A stretch of DNA of 63,177 nucleotides, the filler included, from Chiloscyllium plagiosum (lineage: Eukaryota): assembly GCF_004010195.1 (NCBI RefSeq). It is 4 parts of one record of this genome, joined end to end, with 100 filler letters (N's around TTAATTAATTAA, not from the genome) between each part and the next. Parts side by side here need not be neighbours in the genome. Positions count along the whole stretch, not along the records: positions 1 to 16,958 come from NC_057716.1; positions 17,059 to 45,065 come from NC_057716.1; 2 more parts are not named here. One strand, given 5' to 3'. Shown in pieces: positions 13,071 through 25,307 of this stretch. The stretch's first letter is position 1; each line of letters begins with the position of its first letter. Both the position numbers and the translations under genes were made by a program. The notes under the pieces are model-generated. The model was not told the DNA's origin. It made no database searches and saw only the letters and a program-made list of their open reading frames with translations.

Positions 13071-14717
13071 AATTATGCTTGGATTTGCTGTTGGTGCATG
13101 AACATTTCTATCTAATCCACATAAGGGTGTTTTTGTCAAGACAGAAAAGTATTATGTTATATTAAATTTCCACTTCTGACTGAATACATTGCTGAAAAGT
13201 ATCTTGTGAAAAAAAAAGCCATAATTAGTTATTATTATTGTTGTCCTCCCCAAAGTGCCTAATTTAATTTTTTTTGCAGGATGCAAAGGGGCATTTCTTC
13301 ACAATTGGAGAAGGTTCATGAGTTGCATTGTTTTTGTTTTGTTAAGTTTTATAGTAGCATCTAGAACTGATAAAATGGAAGGAATATACTGAGGCTCATT
13401 GCCACTGTGTGAATCCATTGTTCCTCAGCACATCAGAAACAAACATGCCAAGGGCATGCAAGTACCGTTGAGGTATCAGTAAATTATATTTCATATTACG
13501 TTCAGAACTTTGGAGCATGCTACAGAGCTACACTGTTGAATGAAGTAGCGGTTTGTGTAAACCACTGTAGCATTCACTATTGATGTCTATGGGAGTTCCA
13601 TACTAAGTGGAAGGTTCCTATTTTTGTGTTCTTTATGCATTTCACAAGATTTATCAGACTTTGATGAATTCAGCTTTCAGCTCTGTTTGAAAGAGCATCC
13701 ATAAAAACAAAGATTGCTTTAGCATCCAAATAGATCAAATGAGTGTCTGAAACTACTTCCATATCATTGTTCTTGTGTCCATCAGTTACGAGAACATCAG
13801 TTAACTCAGTTGGCTGGTGGACTCACTGTGAAGGTCCCAATTTCTTAACCCTGCCCCTCACTTGTGATAAAGTGACTTTATATTATCTGCTACTGGAATC
13901 AGGAAATTAGATTGAGCATTGTAAACACTGACTTCCTGATACCTCTACATAAACATTAATTCTTAAATCCTGAACCTTTCACATCAATATTTTCAATGGT
14001 GTCAATGTAAAAGTGATGATATAACTTAGAACACTCCTGGACAACAGCCTAAGATGTGATACTTTTCCAAGAAGCTGCCCTACACAATTTTAGCCCATGG
14101 TAGAAATGCCTAGAACAAAGAAAACCAAGGATATTTTAACTATTCTTTTCTTTTGCTGCCCGTGCTTTGGACAGTTTAACCAGTTAATGTATTAAAAACA
14201 CTTCATCCAAGCACTCATGTCAGTGAAGTGGGCAGAAGGACACAGAATTTGTTTTGTCGTTACATTTGATTTTATAAACAAAATATTCTTTATTAAGGAC
14301 ACTATGTGAGCACTTCCCAAATTCCCACAATATTTACTGCCTATCTAGCTCTATCTGTCTGAGAAAGATTATCACGTGCAACAATCCACGTGTTAGAGCT
14401 GGGCCATTAGAATCTCCTTCCTCTCTGTCACAAAGCTGGTTCTCTTCCATGGCATTGGGTCTCCCAAAGCAGGGTGGATTCTCTCTCTCTCTCTCTAATG
14501 GAATTAGATATATGTTGCCATTCCATCATGTTCACCCAGTCAAGTTCTCAGAACTCTCTACCCAATACCACTGAGTGTACCTTCAAGGCGTGGAGTATTA
14601 GGATTCTAAGGAAGGCTCACCATCTCAATGGCACAGGTAATGAGAATGTAAAAATCAAGCCTCAGATACTTCTTTGTGTCTTTCAAGATATTTAACACGT
14701 TTGCTGTGTTTTTTTTT

Positions 14718-15059
14718 TAGATTAGATTAGATTGGATTACTTAGATTAGATAACTTACAGTGTGGAAACAGGCCCTTCAGCCCAACAAGTCCACACCGAC
14801 CCGCCAAAGCGCACCCACCCAGACCCATTCCCCTATATTTACCCCTGCACCTAACACCACAGGCAATTTAGCATGGCCAATTCACCTGACCTGCACATCT
14901 TTTGGACTGTGGGAGGAAACCGGAGCACCCGGAGGGAACCCACGCAGACACGGGGAGAACGTGCAAACTCCACACAGTCAGTCGCCTGAGGCGGGAATTG
15001 AACCCGGGTCTCTGGCGCTGTGAGGCAGCAGTGCTAACCACTGTGCCACCGTGCCGCCC
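14718..15059 (-). mobile_element. Full-length HE1-type tRNA-derived V-SINE
   Basis: Head GGGCGGCACGGTGGCACAGTGG (A box), GGTTCAATTCC (B box), V-domain, LINE-like tail, (CTAAT)n. Confidence 0.92.
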
Positions 15060-16117
15060 ATTCTAGAACTTGGCCACCGCCTTCATTCAGTACGCTCCGA
15101 GGTCCAAGATTATTGTAGTCTGTTTCCTTCCTTATCATTTGTTTTTTTTTTCCATTCCATTCCCTGAAATTGCTGCAGTTTCCCTTTAAATGTCATTTTC
15201 AGCTTTCAAAATATTTCAGCTGTCCTGCCAGTCTGATTCAGTTGCTGCTGGGAATCCAAAGTGTTTGAGTAATACGTTTCACATCTTTTAAGCTTTCTTA
15301 ATGGAACTTGGTTTCATTTCTTTATTGAATTCACTTTCATTTTCCATGCAGAAACCTAGTTTGTGTAGTTAAAAAAATAAATAAATAATAGAAAGGCTAT
15401 TAAAGTACTTCAAACCCATTTTCCCTTTGCACAGAGAAGTGATTGACATTATTCGGCTTCTTGAAGCTGTGATCCACATTTTTCTTGAATAAGTGATGTC
15501 AAATTGCCTACTACAGCTTTAGCTGCTTTTCACCAGTTCAATAATGGATTTACTTCTGCTGTTTTATTGACTGCATCTGTGTTATGGATGTTGAGTGCTC
15601 TACACCAACCTTCAGACTCTTTCCATTTTTGCTCACAATTTCATTTGGGAGCAGGCTTAATTAATATCTTCATTTTACCCTATATAAAACATCTATTGCA
15701 ATGGCCCATGTTCTTTCTACATTTCTGGATTAATAGTCTTTTCAAATCACACTGCATATTCCCAGGTAACCTTTAATTAGTTAGCTATGTCATAATGTTT
15801 GAAAGCCACTTTTGTTCTTGTTTTGCAGAATAAATGTCCAGGGGAGGTGCAAATGCCGAGAATGTGAAATTTTAAAACAAGAATGTACTATTATACTGCA
15901 GCCAAGTGGCAGAATGATGCTGCTATGGTGGTGGTTTGGGAGTTCTCTTCCAGGCTGAGACAGACAACCACATGTTCACACAGCCGCTGCTCTGTCTCAG
16001 CAATACATTGCAATGGATTTACATTGTTTGGAAATGTGCAATGTTGTGGAAGAGTGGAAGAATTGGAGAAATTAGTTAACATGGCTGCCAATAAGAGAAA
16101 CCCACATTTGCCATTAT

Positions 16118-16216
16118 GCTGTGGTTCTGTTCGTCGAGCTGGAAGTTTTTGTTCCAGCTCAGCGAATACAACCACAGCAACAAGCACCCGAGCTACAAAT
16201 CTTCTCACAAACTTTG
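16118..16216. mobile_element. Fold-back insert, PLE-like family C, 12-bp TSD
   Basis: ATTTGCCATTAT at 16106-16117 and 16217-16228. The arms match 16777-16845. Confidence 0.75.
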
Positions 16217-16339
16217 ATTTGCCATTATCAATGTGAATAAGAAAGGAGCAGTTTGTATCGCAGTATTTATGCTTATTACTGCTTTTTTCAGATGTGTATG
16301 GAAGACAGAAGGTTGGTTTTATACAGGAACAACGATTCT

Positions 16340-16570
16340 GGCCTCGGGCCTAGGGCGACTGTGTGGGTTTCCTCCAGGTGCTCTGATTTCCTCCCACAGT
16401 CCAAAGCTGTGCAGGTTAGGTAAATTGTCCATAGTGTTAGGTGCATTAGTCAGGGTTAAATGTCGAGTCAGGGAATGGGTCTGGGTGCGTTACTCTTCGG
16501 AGGGTTAGTGTGGACTTGTTGGGCGGAAGGGCCTGTTTCCACACTGTAGGGAATCTAATCTAATCTAAAA
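16340..16570 (+). mobile_element. 5'-truncated HE1 SINE
   Basis: V-domain plus tail ending atctaatctaatcta. Confidence 0.85.
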
Positions 16571-16776
16571 AACATTGCAGTCAGGAACACATGAAGGATC
16601 TTGAAACAGTGTCAGTAGAAGCAACAACAATTTTCATGTGTACACCACTTGTAATGTAGTGAAACAGCCCAAACCACTGCATTATCAAACCAAACTTTCG
16701 ATGGAGCCACAAAAGAGATGTTTAAACAGATATCCAAATTTTAGCCAAAGAACTAGGTTTTAAGAAAGTCTTAAAT

Positions 16777-16958
16777 TCAAAGTTTGTGCGAAGATTTGTA
16801 GCTCGGGGTGCTCGTTGTTGTGGTTCTGTTCGCCGAGCTGGAAATTTTTGTTGCAAACGTTTCGTCCCCTGGCTAGGCGACATCATCAGTGCTTGGGAGC
16901 CTCCTGCGAAGCGCTTCTTTGATGTTTCCTCCGGTGTTTATACTGGTCTGTCCCTGCC
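16777..16958 (-). mobile_element. PLE-like family C 3' end, running into a gap
   Basis: Same sequence as the arms of the 16118-16216 insert; contains a hammerhead core. Confidence 0.7.
16853..16892 (-). ncRNA. Putative minimal hammerhead ribozyme (family C)
   Basis: GCA-CUGAUGA-U-GUCgCCUagccAGGgGAC-GAAA-CGUU-UGC. Stem I is GCA/UGC, with palindromic AACGUU. Confidence 0.7.
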
Positions 16959-17058
16959 NNNNNNNNNNNNNNNNNNNNNNNNNNNNNNNNNNNNNNNNNN
17001 NNTTAATTAATTAANNNNNNNNNNNNNNNNNNNNNNNNNNNNNNNNNNNNNNNNNNNN
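16959..17058. other. Artificial contig linker N44-TTAATTAATTAA-N44
   Basis: An identical 100-nt block occurs three times and has stop codons in all six frames. Confidence 0.95.
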
Positions 17059-18342
17059 TCTGCTTGGCCACTTTCCTCTGCTGCCTGTCCTGAAGTCCAC
17101 CTTGGAGGATGGTCACCCGAAGGTCCGAGGCTGAATGTCCTGGACCACTGAAGTGTTCCCCAACTGGGAGGGAACCCTCCTGTCTGTTGATTGTTGTGCG
17201 GTGCCCATTCATCCGTTGCCGTAGCCTTTGCTCGGTTTCCCCAATGTACCATGCCTCCGGGCATCCCTGCCTGCAACATATAAGATAGACAATGTTGGCT
17301 GAGTCACTTGAGTACCTGCCATGTACACGGGAGGTGTTTCCACGCGTAATAGTGGTATCTATGTTCACAATCTGACACGTTTTGCAGCGTCCACCGTGAG
17401 CAGAGGCTGATAGCTAAATTCGGTTCCCATAGGGAGGGCCTCAACCTTGGGTTCATGTCACATTACAGGTGATCACCATGTGGTCCAGGACATTCAGCCT
17501 CGGACCTTCGGGTGACCATCCTCCAAGGTGGACTTCGGGACAGGCAGCAGAGGAAAGTGGCTCAGCAGAGGCTGATAGCTAAGTTCGGTACCCATAGGGA
17601 GGGCCTCAACTGGGACCTTGTGTTCATGTCACACTACAGGTTACCACCATAGCACTATACACACACACACACAGATATTCCTACACACACACAAACTCTC
17701 ACATGCACACGGACACAGATATACACACACACACACACACTTTCTCACACTCACAACCCCCACCCCAGACAGACACACAGACAGACAGACAAAGACCCAC
17801 ATGCACACATATGTATTGTGTGTAGTGAATTTTTTTGGTACTTTCAGAGTTACATTGCACTTTGCTCAAAAACCACATAGATTCATGTCGAACTCTGAGC
17901 TCAAAAACTGCATGAATTTATGTAAAACTCTGTTATTTCACTTTTTAGATTGGAATCAATCTAAACATCAGGTCATAGACAGAGAACACAGGGGGCTAAC
18001 ACCTTCAACATATTATCTAGCTATCACCATTGTTAACAGTTAACTGAGAATGCAACTTTAAAAAAAAGGGTTTTGTGATTTACACATGAAAGAAGTGAAA
18101 CTATCACTGTATTCTAACAGATGAAAGGCTTATCAGACAATCAATTCTTCAATGTATAATTTCAGTTACATCACACTGCAAATGTTTGCTATAAATTCTG
18201 TGTTACGATCGAGCCTCCACAATCATCTGATGAAGGAGCGCCGCTCCGAAAGCTAGTGTGCTTCCAATTAAACCTGTTGGACTATAACCTGGTGTTGTGT
18301 GATTTTTAACTTTGTACACCCCAGTCCAACACCGGCATCTCC
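17059..18342. mobile_element. Rearranged Penelope-like element (family B): GIY-YIG on minus, inverted C-terminus plus 3' UTR on plus
   Basis: NIVYLICC..WYIGETEQRLRQRMNGHR..VGEHF at 17059-17395 (-). The same C-terminus is repeated at 17481-17650 (+), and the tail carries CUGAUGA..GAAAGCUA at 18227-18255. Confidence 0.9.
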
Positions 18343-18616
18343 GAATCTCAATTTCTTTAGTCATCCAGCATTCCCTGTACCTACCAGCCTTGCCTTTCAC
18401 CCTGACAGGAATATACTTTCTCTGGATTCTCGTTATCTTATTTCTGAAGGCTTCCCATTTTCGTGCCATCCCTTTACCTGCGAACACATGCCCCCAATCA
18501 GATTTTGAAAGTTCTTGCCTAATACCATCAAAATTGACCTTGCTCCAATTTAGTTCTTCAACTTTTAGATCTGGTCTATCCTTTTCCATCACTATTTTAA
18601 ATCTAATAGAATTATG
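18343..18616 (-). mobile_element. CR1 ORF2 fragment
   Basis: HNSIRFKIVMEKDRPDLKVEELNWSKVNFDGIRQEL. Confidence 0.85.
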
Positions 18617-18629
18617 ACAGAAATTTGAA

Positions 18630-19535
18630 TATGTTGGAAATGGATGGAAGAGCAATTAATGGTGATGCACAAATAGGAGAAGTGGTGAGATGTTTCCAGT
18701 TAGTGATTAGGAAGTGCAGAGGACAAAAACAGTTAGTAGCTTGGCAGCAAGAAGTAGTTGACAGGTATTGAATGCACACAACTCATGGAATACAAAGAAT
18801 TGTAGACCATGAGCTTTGGTGAGAGGTATATGCAATGGCAGAATTAAAGTGAGCAGTGGTCCTGTGAGAGTGGTGTTAGCAAGAGGCGCAGAGGGCAGAT
18901 TATTGATCTTCTTCCTCCATTCCTTTTCATCCATAACAAAACACTGACCTGGGTTGCACTTTATGTCTAGGCTGGCCAGGTCTAGTGATGTGGCTCCATG
19001 TAGCAGCCCATTGGAAAAGTCCGCCAAAATGTCCAAGTCCGAGTCTGCAAATCAGAGACCGAGCTTTCTTTTCCTCTGAGCCTTATGTTGAATGTTGAGG
19101 CTCAAGCCTCATAATGAGGTGCTGCACACCTATTCAGACAGTGGCCTGCAGTGTCTGAATAGGTGTGCAGCAGGGCTTTAAATACAGCACCAAAGACATG
19201 TTAATGTCATGAAAGTGGCAAACACTTCCATGTCTCCAGGCATGCAGTACCCCAAAGCAAGGTATCTGATAGCCTGGTTGCATAATTCACATGATTCCTG
19301 AAGAAGGGCTTATGCCGAAACGTCGATTCTCCTGCTCCTTCCGTGCTGCCTGACCTGCTGTGCTTTTCCAGCAACACATTTTTCAGCTCTGATCTCCAGC
19401 ATCTGCAGTCCTCACTTTCTCCTGCATAATTCACAAGGTGACGAGCAGAAGCTTGTGACACAAAAATCACTGTGAGCTATGACGGACCAATGAATTTCAT
19501 TTATCACTCCAACAGAAAATGGGAAAATTCTGCCC
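18630..19535 (-). mobile_element. Possible decayed Harbinger-related element (Myb/SANT-like remnant)
   Basis: RKRKLGL*FADSDLDILAD near 19075-19020, TATTTAAA at about 19178-19185 on minus, and a TIR-like gggcagaattttccc at 19535-19521. Confidence 0.4.
19292..19422 (+). mobile_element. PLE family A 3' tail insert with hammerhead core, 13-bp TSD
   Basis: TGCATAATTCACA at 19279-19291 and 19423-19435. CUGAAGA..GAAACGUC at 19298-19324. Confidence 0.8.
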
Positions 19536-19568
19536 GAGAGTCAAATGGAGTTCACAGAAAGACCACTT

Positions 19569-20748
19569 TGTAAAAGGTAAAAACAATGACTGCAGATGCT
19601 GGAAACCAGATTCTGGATTAGTGGTGCTGGAAGAGTACAGCAGTTCAGGCAGCATCCGAGGAGCAGTAAAATCGACGTTTCGGGCAAAAGCCCTTCATCA
19701 GGAATACAGGCAGTGAGCCTGAAGNNNNNNNNNNNNNNNNNNNNNNNNNNNNNNNNNNNNNNNNNNNNNNNNNNNNNNNNNNNNNNNNNNNNNNNNNNNN
19801 NNNNNNNNNNNNNNNNNNNNNNNNNNNNNNNNNNNNNNNNNNNNNNNNNNNNNNNNNNNNNNNNNNNNNNNNNNNNNNNNNNNNNNNNNNNNNNNNNNNN
19901 NNNNNNNNNNNNNNNNNNNNNNNNNNNNNNNNNNNNNNNNNNNNNNNNNNNNNNNNNNNNNNNNNNNNNNNNNNNNNNNNNNNNNNNNNNNNNNNNNNNN
20001 NNNNNNNNNNNNNNNNNNNNNNNNNNNNNNNNNNNNNNNNNNNNNNNNNNNNNNNNNNNNNNNNNNNNNNNNNNNNNNNNNNNNNNNNNNNNNNNNNNNN
20101 NNNNNNNNNNNNNNNNNNNNNNNNNNNNNNNNNNNNNNNNNNNNNNNNNNNNNNNNNNNNNNNNNNNNNNNNNNNNNNNNNNNNNNNNNNNNNNNNNNNN
20201 NNNNNNNNNNNNNNNNNNNNNNNNNNNNNNNNNNNNNNNNNNNNNNNNNNNNNNNNNNNNNNNNNNNNNNNNNNNNNNNNNNNNNNNNNNNNNNNNNNNN
20301 NNNNNNNNNNNNNNNNNNNNNNNNNNNNNNNNNNNNNNNNNNNNNNNNNNNNNNNNNNNNNNNNNNNNNNNNNNNNNNNNNNNNNNNNNNNNNNNNNNNN
20401 NNNNNNNNNNNNNNNNNNNNNNNNNNNNNNNNNNNNNNNNNNNNNNNNNNNNNNNNNNNNNNNNNNNNNNNNNNNNNNNNNNNNNNNNNNNNNNNNNNNN
20501 NNNNNNNNNNNNNNNNNNNNNNNNNNNNNNNNNNNNNNNNNNNNNNNNNNNNNNNNNNNNNNNNNNNNNNNNNNNNNNNNNNNNNNNNNNNNNNNNNNNN
20601 NNNNNNNNCCCCCCATCCTCCTCTCACTTATCTCTCCACCCTTCAGGCTCTCTGCCTTTATTCCTGATGAAGGGCTTTTGCCTGAAACGTCGATTTTACT
20701 GCTCCTCGGATGCTGCTTGAACTGCTGTGCTCTTCCAGCACCACTAAT
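19569..20748. mobile_element. Fold-back PLE family A insert spanning an N gap, 15-bp TSD
   Basis: ACAGAAAGACCACTT at 19554-19568 and 20749-20763. The flanks of the gap are inverted copies of each other. Confidence 0.85.
19671..19705 (-). ncRNA. Putative minimal hammerhead ribozyme (family A)
   Basis: auuc-CUGAUGA-A-GGGC uuuu GCCC-GAAA-CGUC-gau. A mirror copy lies at 20664-20691 (+). Confidence 0.7.
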
Positions 20749-21065
20749 ACAGAAAGACCACTTCATCATGTGCACAAAATGAACTTATTCTAGAACTGGC
20801 TTTTTAAAAATATGCAACAATTAGCAAATGTTTATCTCGTGATACATTTTCATCAATAATAAAGTTAAAAATCCTGTTTATAAAAATGAGGTTATTTTGT
20901 CTTTACCTAAAAATATTGTTGATATCTCTTTGTTTATTGTGTCTAAAGTCTATTTTACTTCTCGTTTTTATGTCTTCTAAGTCATTTCAAGACTATACGC
21001 TTCTGTTAATAAGTTGTAGATGTTAACTACATGGTTTAAGCTGTGAAGAAAATTGACATTTAAAC

Positions 21066-21158
21066 CTTGTCAGGCCTCAGGCAGCGAATTACAAGCATCT
21101 TCTGGAAGCTTCTAAGACCTTCGGCCCATCGGCCAGGAAATACCTCTCGGTATGGCTC
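21066..21158 (-). CDS. DNAH7: Axonemal dynein heavy chain internal exon (EPYREVFPGRWAEGLRSFQKMLVIRCLRPDK), not in the ORF track
   Basis: Acceptor ttttcctgctgttttcag and donor GTTTAA. Length 93 nt, phase 0/0. It ends in the conserved dynein motif IRCLRPDK. Confidence 0.88.
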
Positions 21159-22555
21159 CTGAAAACAGCAGGAAAATTGAAAAATTATTGGAAAATACAT
21201 ACAAAATATTTTAAAAATGATAGTACAGATAATACTTTGTACTAAGAACTGTAAAAGGTTAGATTTTTAACCACATTAAATTTGAAACCACTGATTTCAA
21301 TAAATATATTTGATATCCTTATTCCAACTAAAACATCAATGTTCCCCCATCTCAGCTATTCCTCAGTATGGTTTTTTTCTCCCTGGACACTACTTTATCC
21401 CAAACAAACTCGTTGTTCCACTATTAACCTGACCTTGCAAGTTTCTACCTTGATCTTCAATCTTCCTTGCCTCCTGAAAATTCTTGAACGTGTTATTTTG
21501 CAAATACACACCAATTAGTCCCACCACCCCTCTTCTGGATTGCGTCAAAGAAATTATGTATTCCGTACAATGAGTGCATAAGTTGTCTTGTCTCTCAAAG
21601 ACAGTGTTTATTATATCATTCCCCTTCAATGCCCCTCATTTGGTCCATTCTGAAAATTTTCTTCGTAGGAAAACACTTTCAGCATTGGCTTCCATCTCCT
21701 CTTCTTCTTTCTCCTCCTGAAGTGAAACTTTGGATTCCAAAGGTGATGATACACTCTCATAATTGCAAGATTAAGGAGAAATCACAAACATGGAAACCCT
21801 TGTACATTAGCTATACATTTAGAGAGATCCCTTCTGGTTAAAGTTGTCATGGTGGTGGATAGAGGTTTACATGTGTGTTCCAGAAGTCCACCATCCCAGA
21901 GAATGCACTTAGTTATTTAAACCCAGTCTTTCCTCCTCAGGAATAAGAAGATGAAGTTCACCTCCTATTGTTGACATCCCTTGTCACCTCTCCAATACAT
22001 CTGTGGATGGTAAACTGCAGCATATTTTCAATGTCATCAGCTTTTACTTTGAAGGATCCTATAGCTTAGGAAAAGGAGTGAGGGCGATCTTTGCAATCAC
22101 AGAGAGGCTATCCTCCACCTGACTTAGACAGCATGTCACAGTGATCCAACTATATCAGTACCTCTTAGAAGCAAAGCCTCCTGAGCCTCTACTTCCAGTT
22201 TATCACAGATTAAGAGTCGTGCTTCTGGAAAACACTTTCTAGTTAGTGGCTTCAATGGATAGCCCTCATTCACTCTCCTCCTCAGGGAGACTTCTCTCTA
22301 TGCCTCCTTTCAACATGCTGCTTATCTCATACTGCAACTACTTTCCTCATACATACACAAAGTAATTTTCTGCTTTTATGCAGTCAGCAAAAATGTCCGA
22401 ATTGCTTCAGCAATTAAACACACCAGTCCGTAAACTTCACCAGAAAACAAGCTAATAGCACCTCACCTGCAATATACTGAGTAGCTTGAAGTAGCCTATT
22501 ATAGGGCACATCATTCTTCTTAGCTCTTGTTATTTCAGGAGTCAATAAAGGGAAA

Positions 22556-23640
22556 TCAATAAAGGGATGGAAGGTGTCATCAACAGTGCGATCAAGCAGC
22601 ACCTGCTCAGCAAAAACCTGTGCAGTGATATCCAGTTTGGGTTCCGCCAGGGCCACCCAGCTCCTGATATCATTACAGCCTTGGTTCAAACATGGACAAA
22701 AGAGCTGAATTCCAGAGATGAGAAAAGAGTAACATCCCTTGACATCAAAGTGCATCTGACTAAGTGTGGCATCAAAGAGTCCTAGCAAAACTGGAATCAA
22801 TGGATATCAGGAGCCAAACTCTCCACTGTGGTTGTTGGAGGTCAGTCATCTTTGCTCCAGAACATCTCTGCAGGAGTTCCTCAGGGTATTGTCTTAGGCC
22901 CAATCATCTTCAACCCCCTCATCAATGACTTGCCATCCATCATAAGGTCAGAAGTGGGGATGTTTGCTGATGATGATTGCATAATATTCAGCACTGTTCA
23001 TGACTCCTCAGGTATTGAAGCAGAACATATTCAAATGCAAAAAGATCTGGACAATATCCAGGTTTGAGCTGACAAGTGATAAGTAACATTCATGCCACAC
23101 AAATGCTTGGCACTGACCAGTCCCAACAGGAGACTATATAACCACCACCTATTGACATTCAATTCTCTCACAATTACTGAATCCCCTGCTGTCAAGATCC
23201 TTGAATGTCATTACTGCATAAACTAAATGGGAACAGGAGCAGGTCAGAGGCTAGGAATACTGTAATGAGCAGCTAACCTGGATGGGTCCAGTTCCAGCAA
23301 CCTTCAAGAAGCTTGACACCATCCTGGAAAAAGCAGTCCACTTGATTGGCACCTCATCCACAAGCATCTAATCCCTCCACCACCAATGTTCAGCAGCAGC
23401 AATATGGTAGCAGTGTGTACTATCTACAAGATGCAAGTTCCCTCCCAGACACTCACCATCCTGACTTGGAAATATATCGCTGTTCCTTCAGTGTCACCAG
23501 ATCAAAAGCCTGGAATTCCCTTCCTGAAGACATTGTGGATCAACCTACAGCATGTGGACTACAGCGGTTCAAAGCAGCAGTTCACTACACCTTCTCAAGG
23601 ACGAGGGATGGGCAATAAATGCTGGCCAGCCAGCAATGCA
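22556..23640 (+). mobile_element. Second CR1/L2-group LINE family, RT to 3' end
   Basis: QFGFRQGH.., GVPQGIVLGPIIF..INDLP..MFADDD. Confidence 0.9.
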
Positions 23641-25112
23641 TTTGGTGACCAATTTTGAAATCCTGATGTTGCGTCAGCTGCTGGTATTTGTGATGTCATG
23701 ATCATGTATGTTCAGCAAATTCTAGCACAAGGATAGAATGCACCTGTGTACGCCATGCAAGTTGACCTTGTGGGCTATATGGGAAGCAGCTACCAGGGCC
23801 TCCTGAATACTTATCTGCAGGCAGACCTGTGCAACATGACTAGAAAATATAAATGTCATGCAGATTGATTTTGCACTCTTCCTGCCTCAGTGAGGATTCT
23901 TCAGTTGAATTTGTTGAAGAGATGAGCTGTTGCTTGCTCACACATTTCACAATCCCTGTGATGGACATTGTGTGTGGAGTAGTATTTCTAAACACCATGA
24001 ATTGCAATGCAGAGCCAATAAATTGTCTTACACAACAATGCATAATAAAAACCTTCCTTCACTGCTAACTGACACATTCAGACGATTAAATTAGAGACAA
24101 TTTACTGAAAACTTTGAGCAACATCAAACGAAGCTATTATACAGTTTATGGAACCTATCTAAAACTGGCAATTTATCAGACTCTCAATTAATGCTAGGGC
24201 ATGCAGGCAAATAGGAATTATATTCCAGACTGAAACAGGTATCTAAAATTTAGATCAGATTCAGACTAATGTTGCCTAACCTGTTAAATGCATTCAGCAT
24301 TGCCTGTTATTCTTGCTCAGATACAGTTTCCTGGTTTTAGTATGTTAATATTCATATCAATTAGAAATTTCTGAGATTAAATCACCCTTACAAAAATAAG
24401 GATAAGAATCTGTCTACAATAACTAATCACTGCAGATGCTGAAAACATGAAAAAACTCAGTTGGTTAAGTAAATTTTATGTACTTATTTAGCCAGGTACA
24501 TAAAAGTTTGACTAAATACGTGATGGACAAAGCAACAATACAGCAAGGTTGCAAACCACTCTTATACAAAATCTAACTAAGTTTATGAAAAGAAGAGATC
24601 AGCATTGTAAATACAAAAGGAAAGACGTGTTTATTTTGCACCCATTTGAAACAACTTCAAGCATATATGAATTAGGAACAACTAATGGACAGCCCCTGAG
24701 AGACTTTTAATAGTTACACAATTCATATACCTGTACTGTGGCAGTCTGTAATCATGTGCATGTTTCATATTATTTGACAAGTTAAATATCAAGCCTAAGA
24801 TTGTACAGCCTGAATGCTTTGTCATTTTTCACAAAACAACTGTGCTACTCAAAGGTTTGTGTCATGTTTTGAACTAAATGCCTGATGGTAAGTAATGTTG
24901 CACAGTGCATTAAGGAGCTGTCATTTGTAAGAAAAAATTGCAGTCAGTTGTTTTGTATATCCTCTATACTTTGACAAGTACCAACATTTCAGCATGAGTA
25001 ACTCCATCACTCTGTACAAGCTAAATAATCAATATTCTGATTAAATAACCTTGAAAGGGAATGTATTAAATTTGAAAAATCTCATTTTTCTTGCCACAAA
25101 TTCCCAACCTAC

Positions 25113-25307
25113 CAAGCTGTCATATACAGATTTCCATCCATCTAACAGAAGCACAAATTCCTTCCGGATGCCTGCAAATGCTTTAATCTCATCAAGACGG
25201 CAAAACTCGTCCCAAGCTTTTGTCGGAAGCCAGTCACATGGTTTCTCATAAGGGTTATCTAAGCCAATTCCACCAGTCAGCAAAAATGTCCATTCCTCAT
25301 CATCAAT
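25113..25307 (-). CDS. DNAH7: Axonemal dynein heavy chain internal exon (IDDEEWTFLLTGGIGLDNPYEKPCDWLPTKAWDEFCRLDEIKAFAGIRKEFVLLLDGWKSVYDSL)
   Basis: Acceptor cttttcctttcag and donor GTAGGT. Length 195 nt, phase 0/0, in frame with the previous exon. FLLTGGIGLDNPY...W...YDSL is recalled as DNAH7-like. Confidence 0.92.

Noticed and set aside
13261..13320. Strong plus-strand acceptors here and at about 15810-15828
   Set aside because: No recognisable peptide or consistent exon chain follows.
14985..15059. tRNA-like A/B boxes (also 35712-35787)
   Set aside because: SINE heads continuing into the V-domain, not tRNA genes.
17003..17014. TTAATTAATTAA palindrome repeated at 17003, 45110 and 60957
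   Set aside because: Always centred in 44+44 Ns. It is an assembly linker, not biology.
19596..20775. ORFs of 309-376 aa
   Set aside because: They consist almost entirely of translated Ns.
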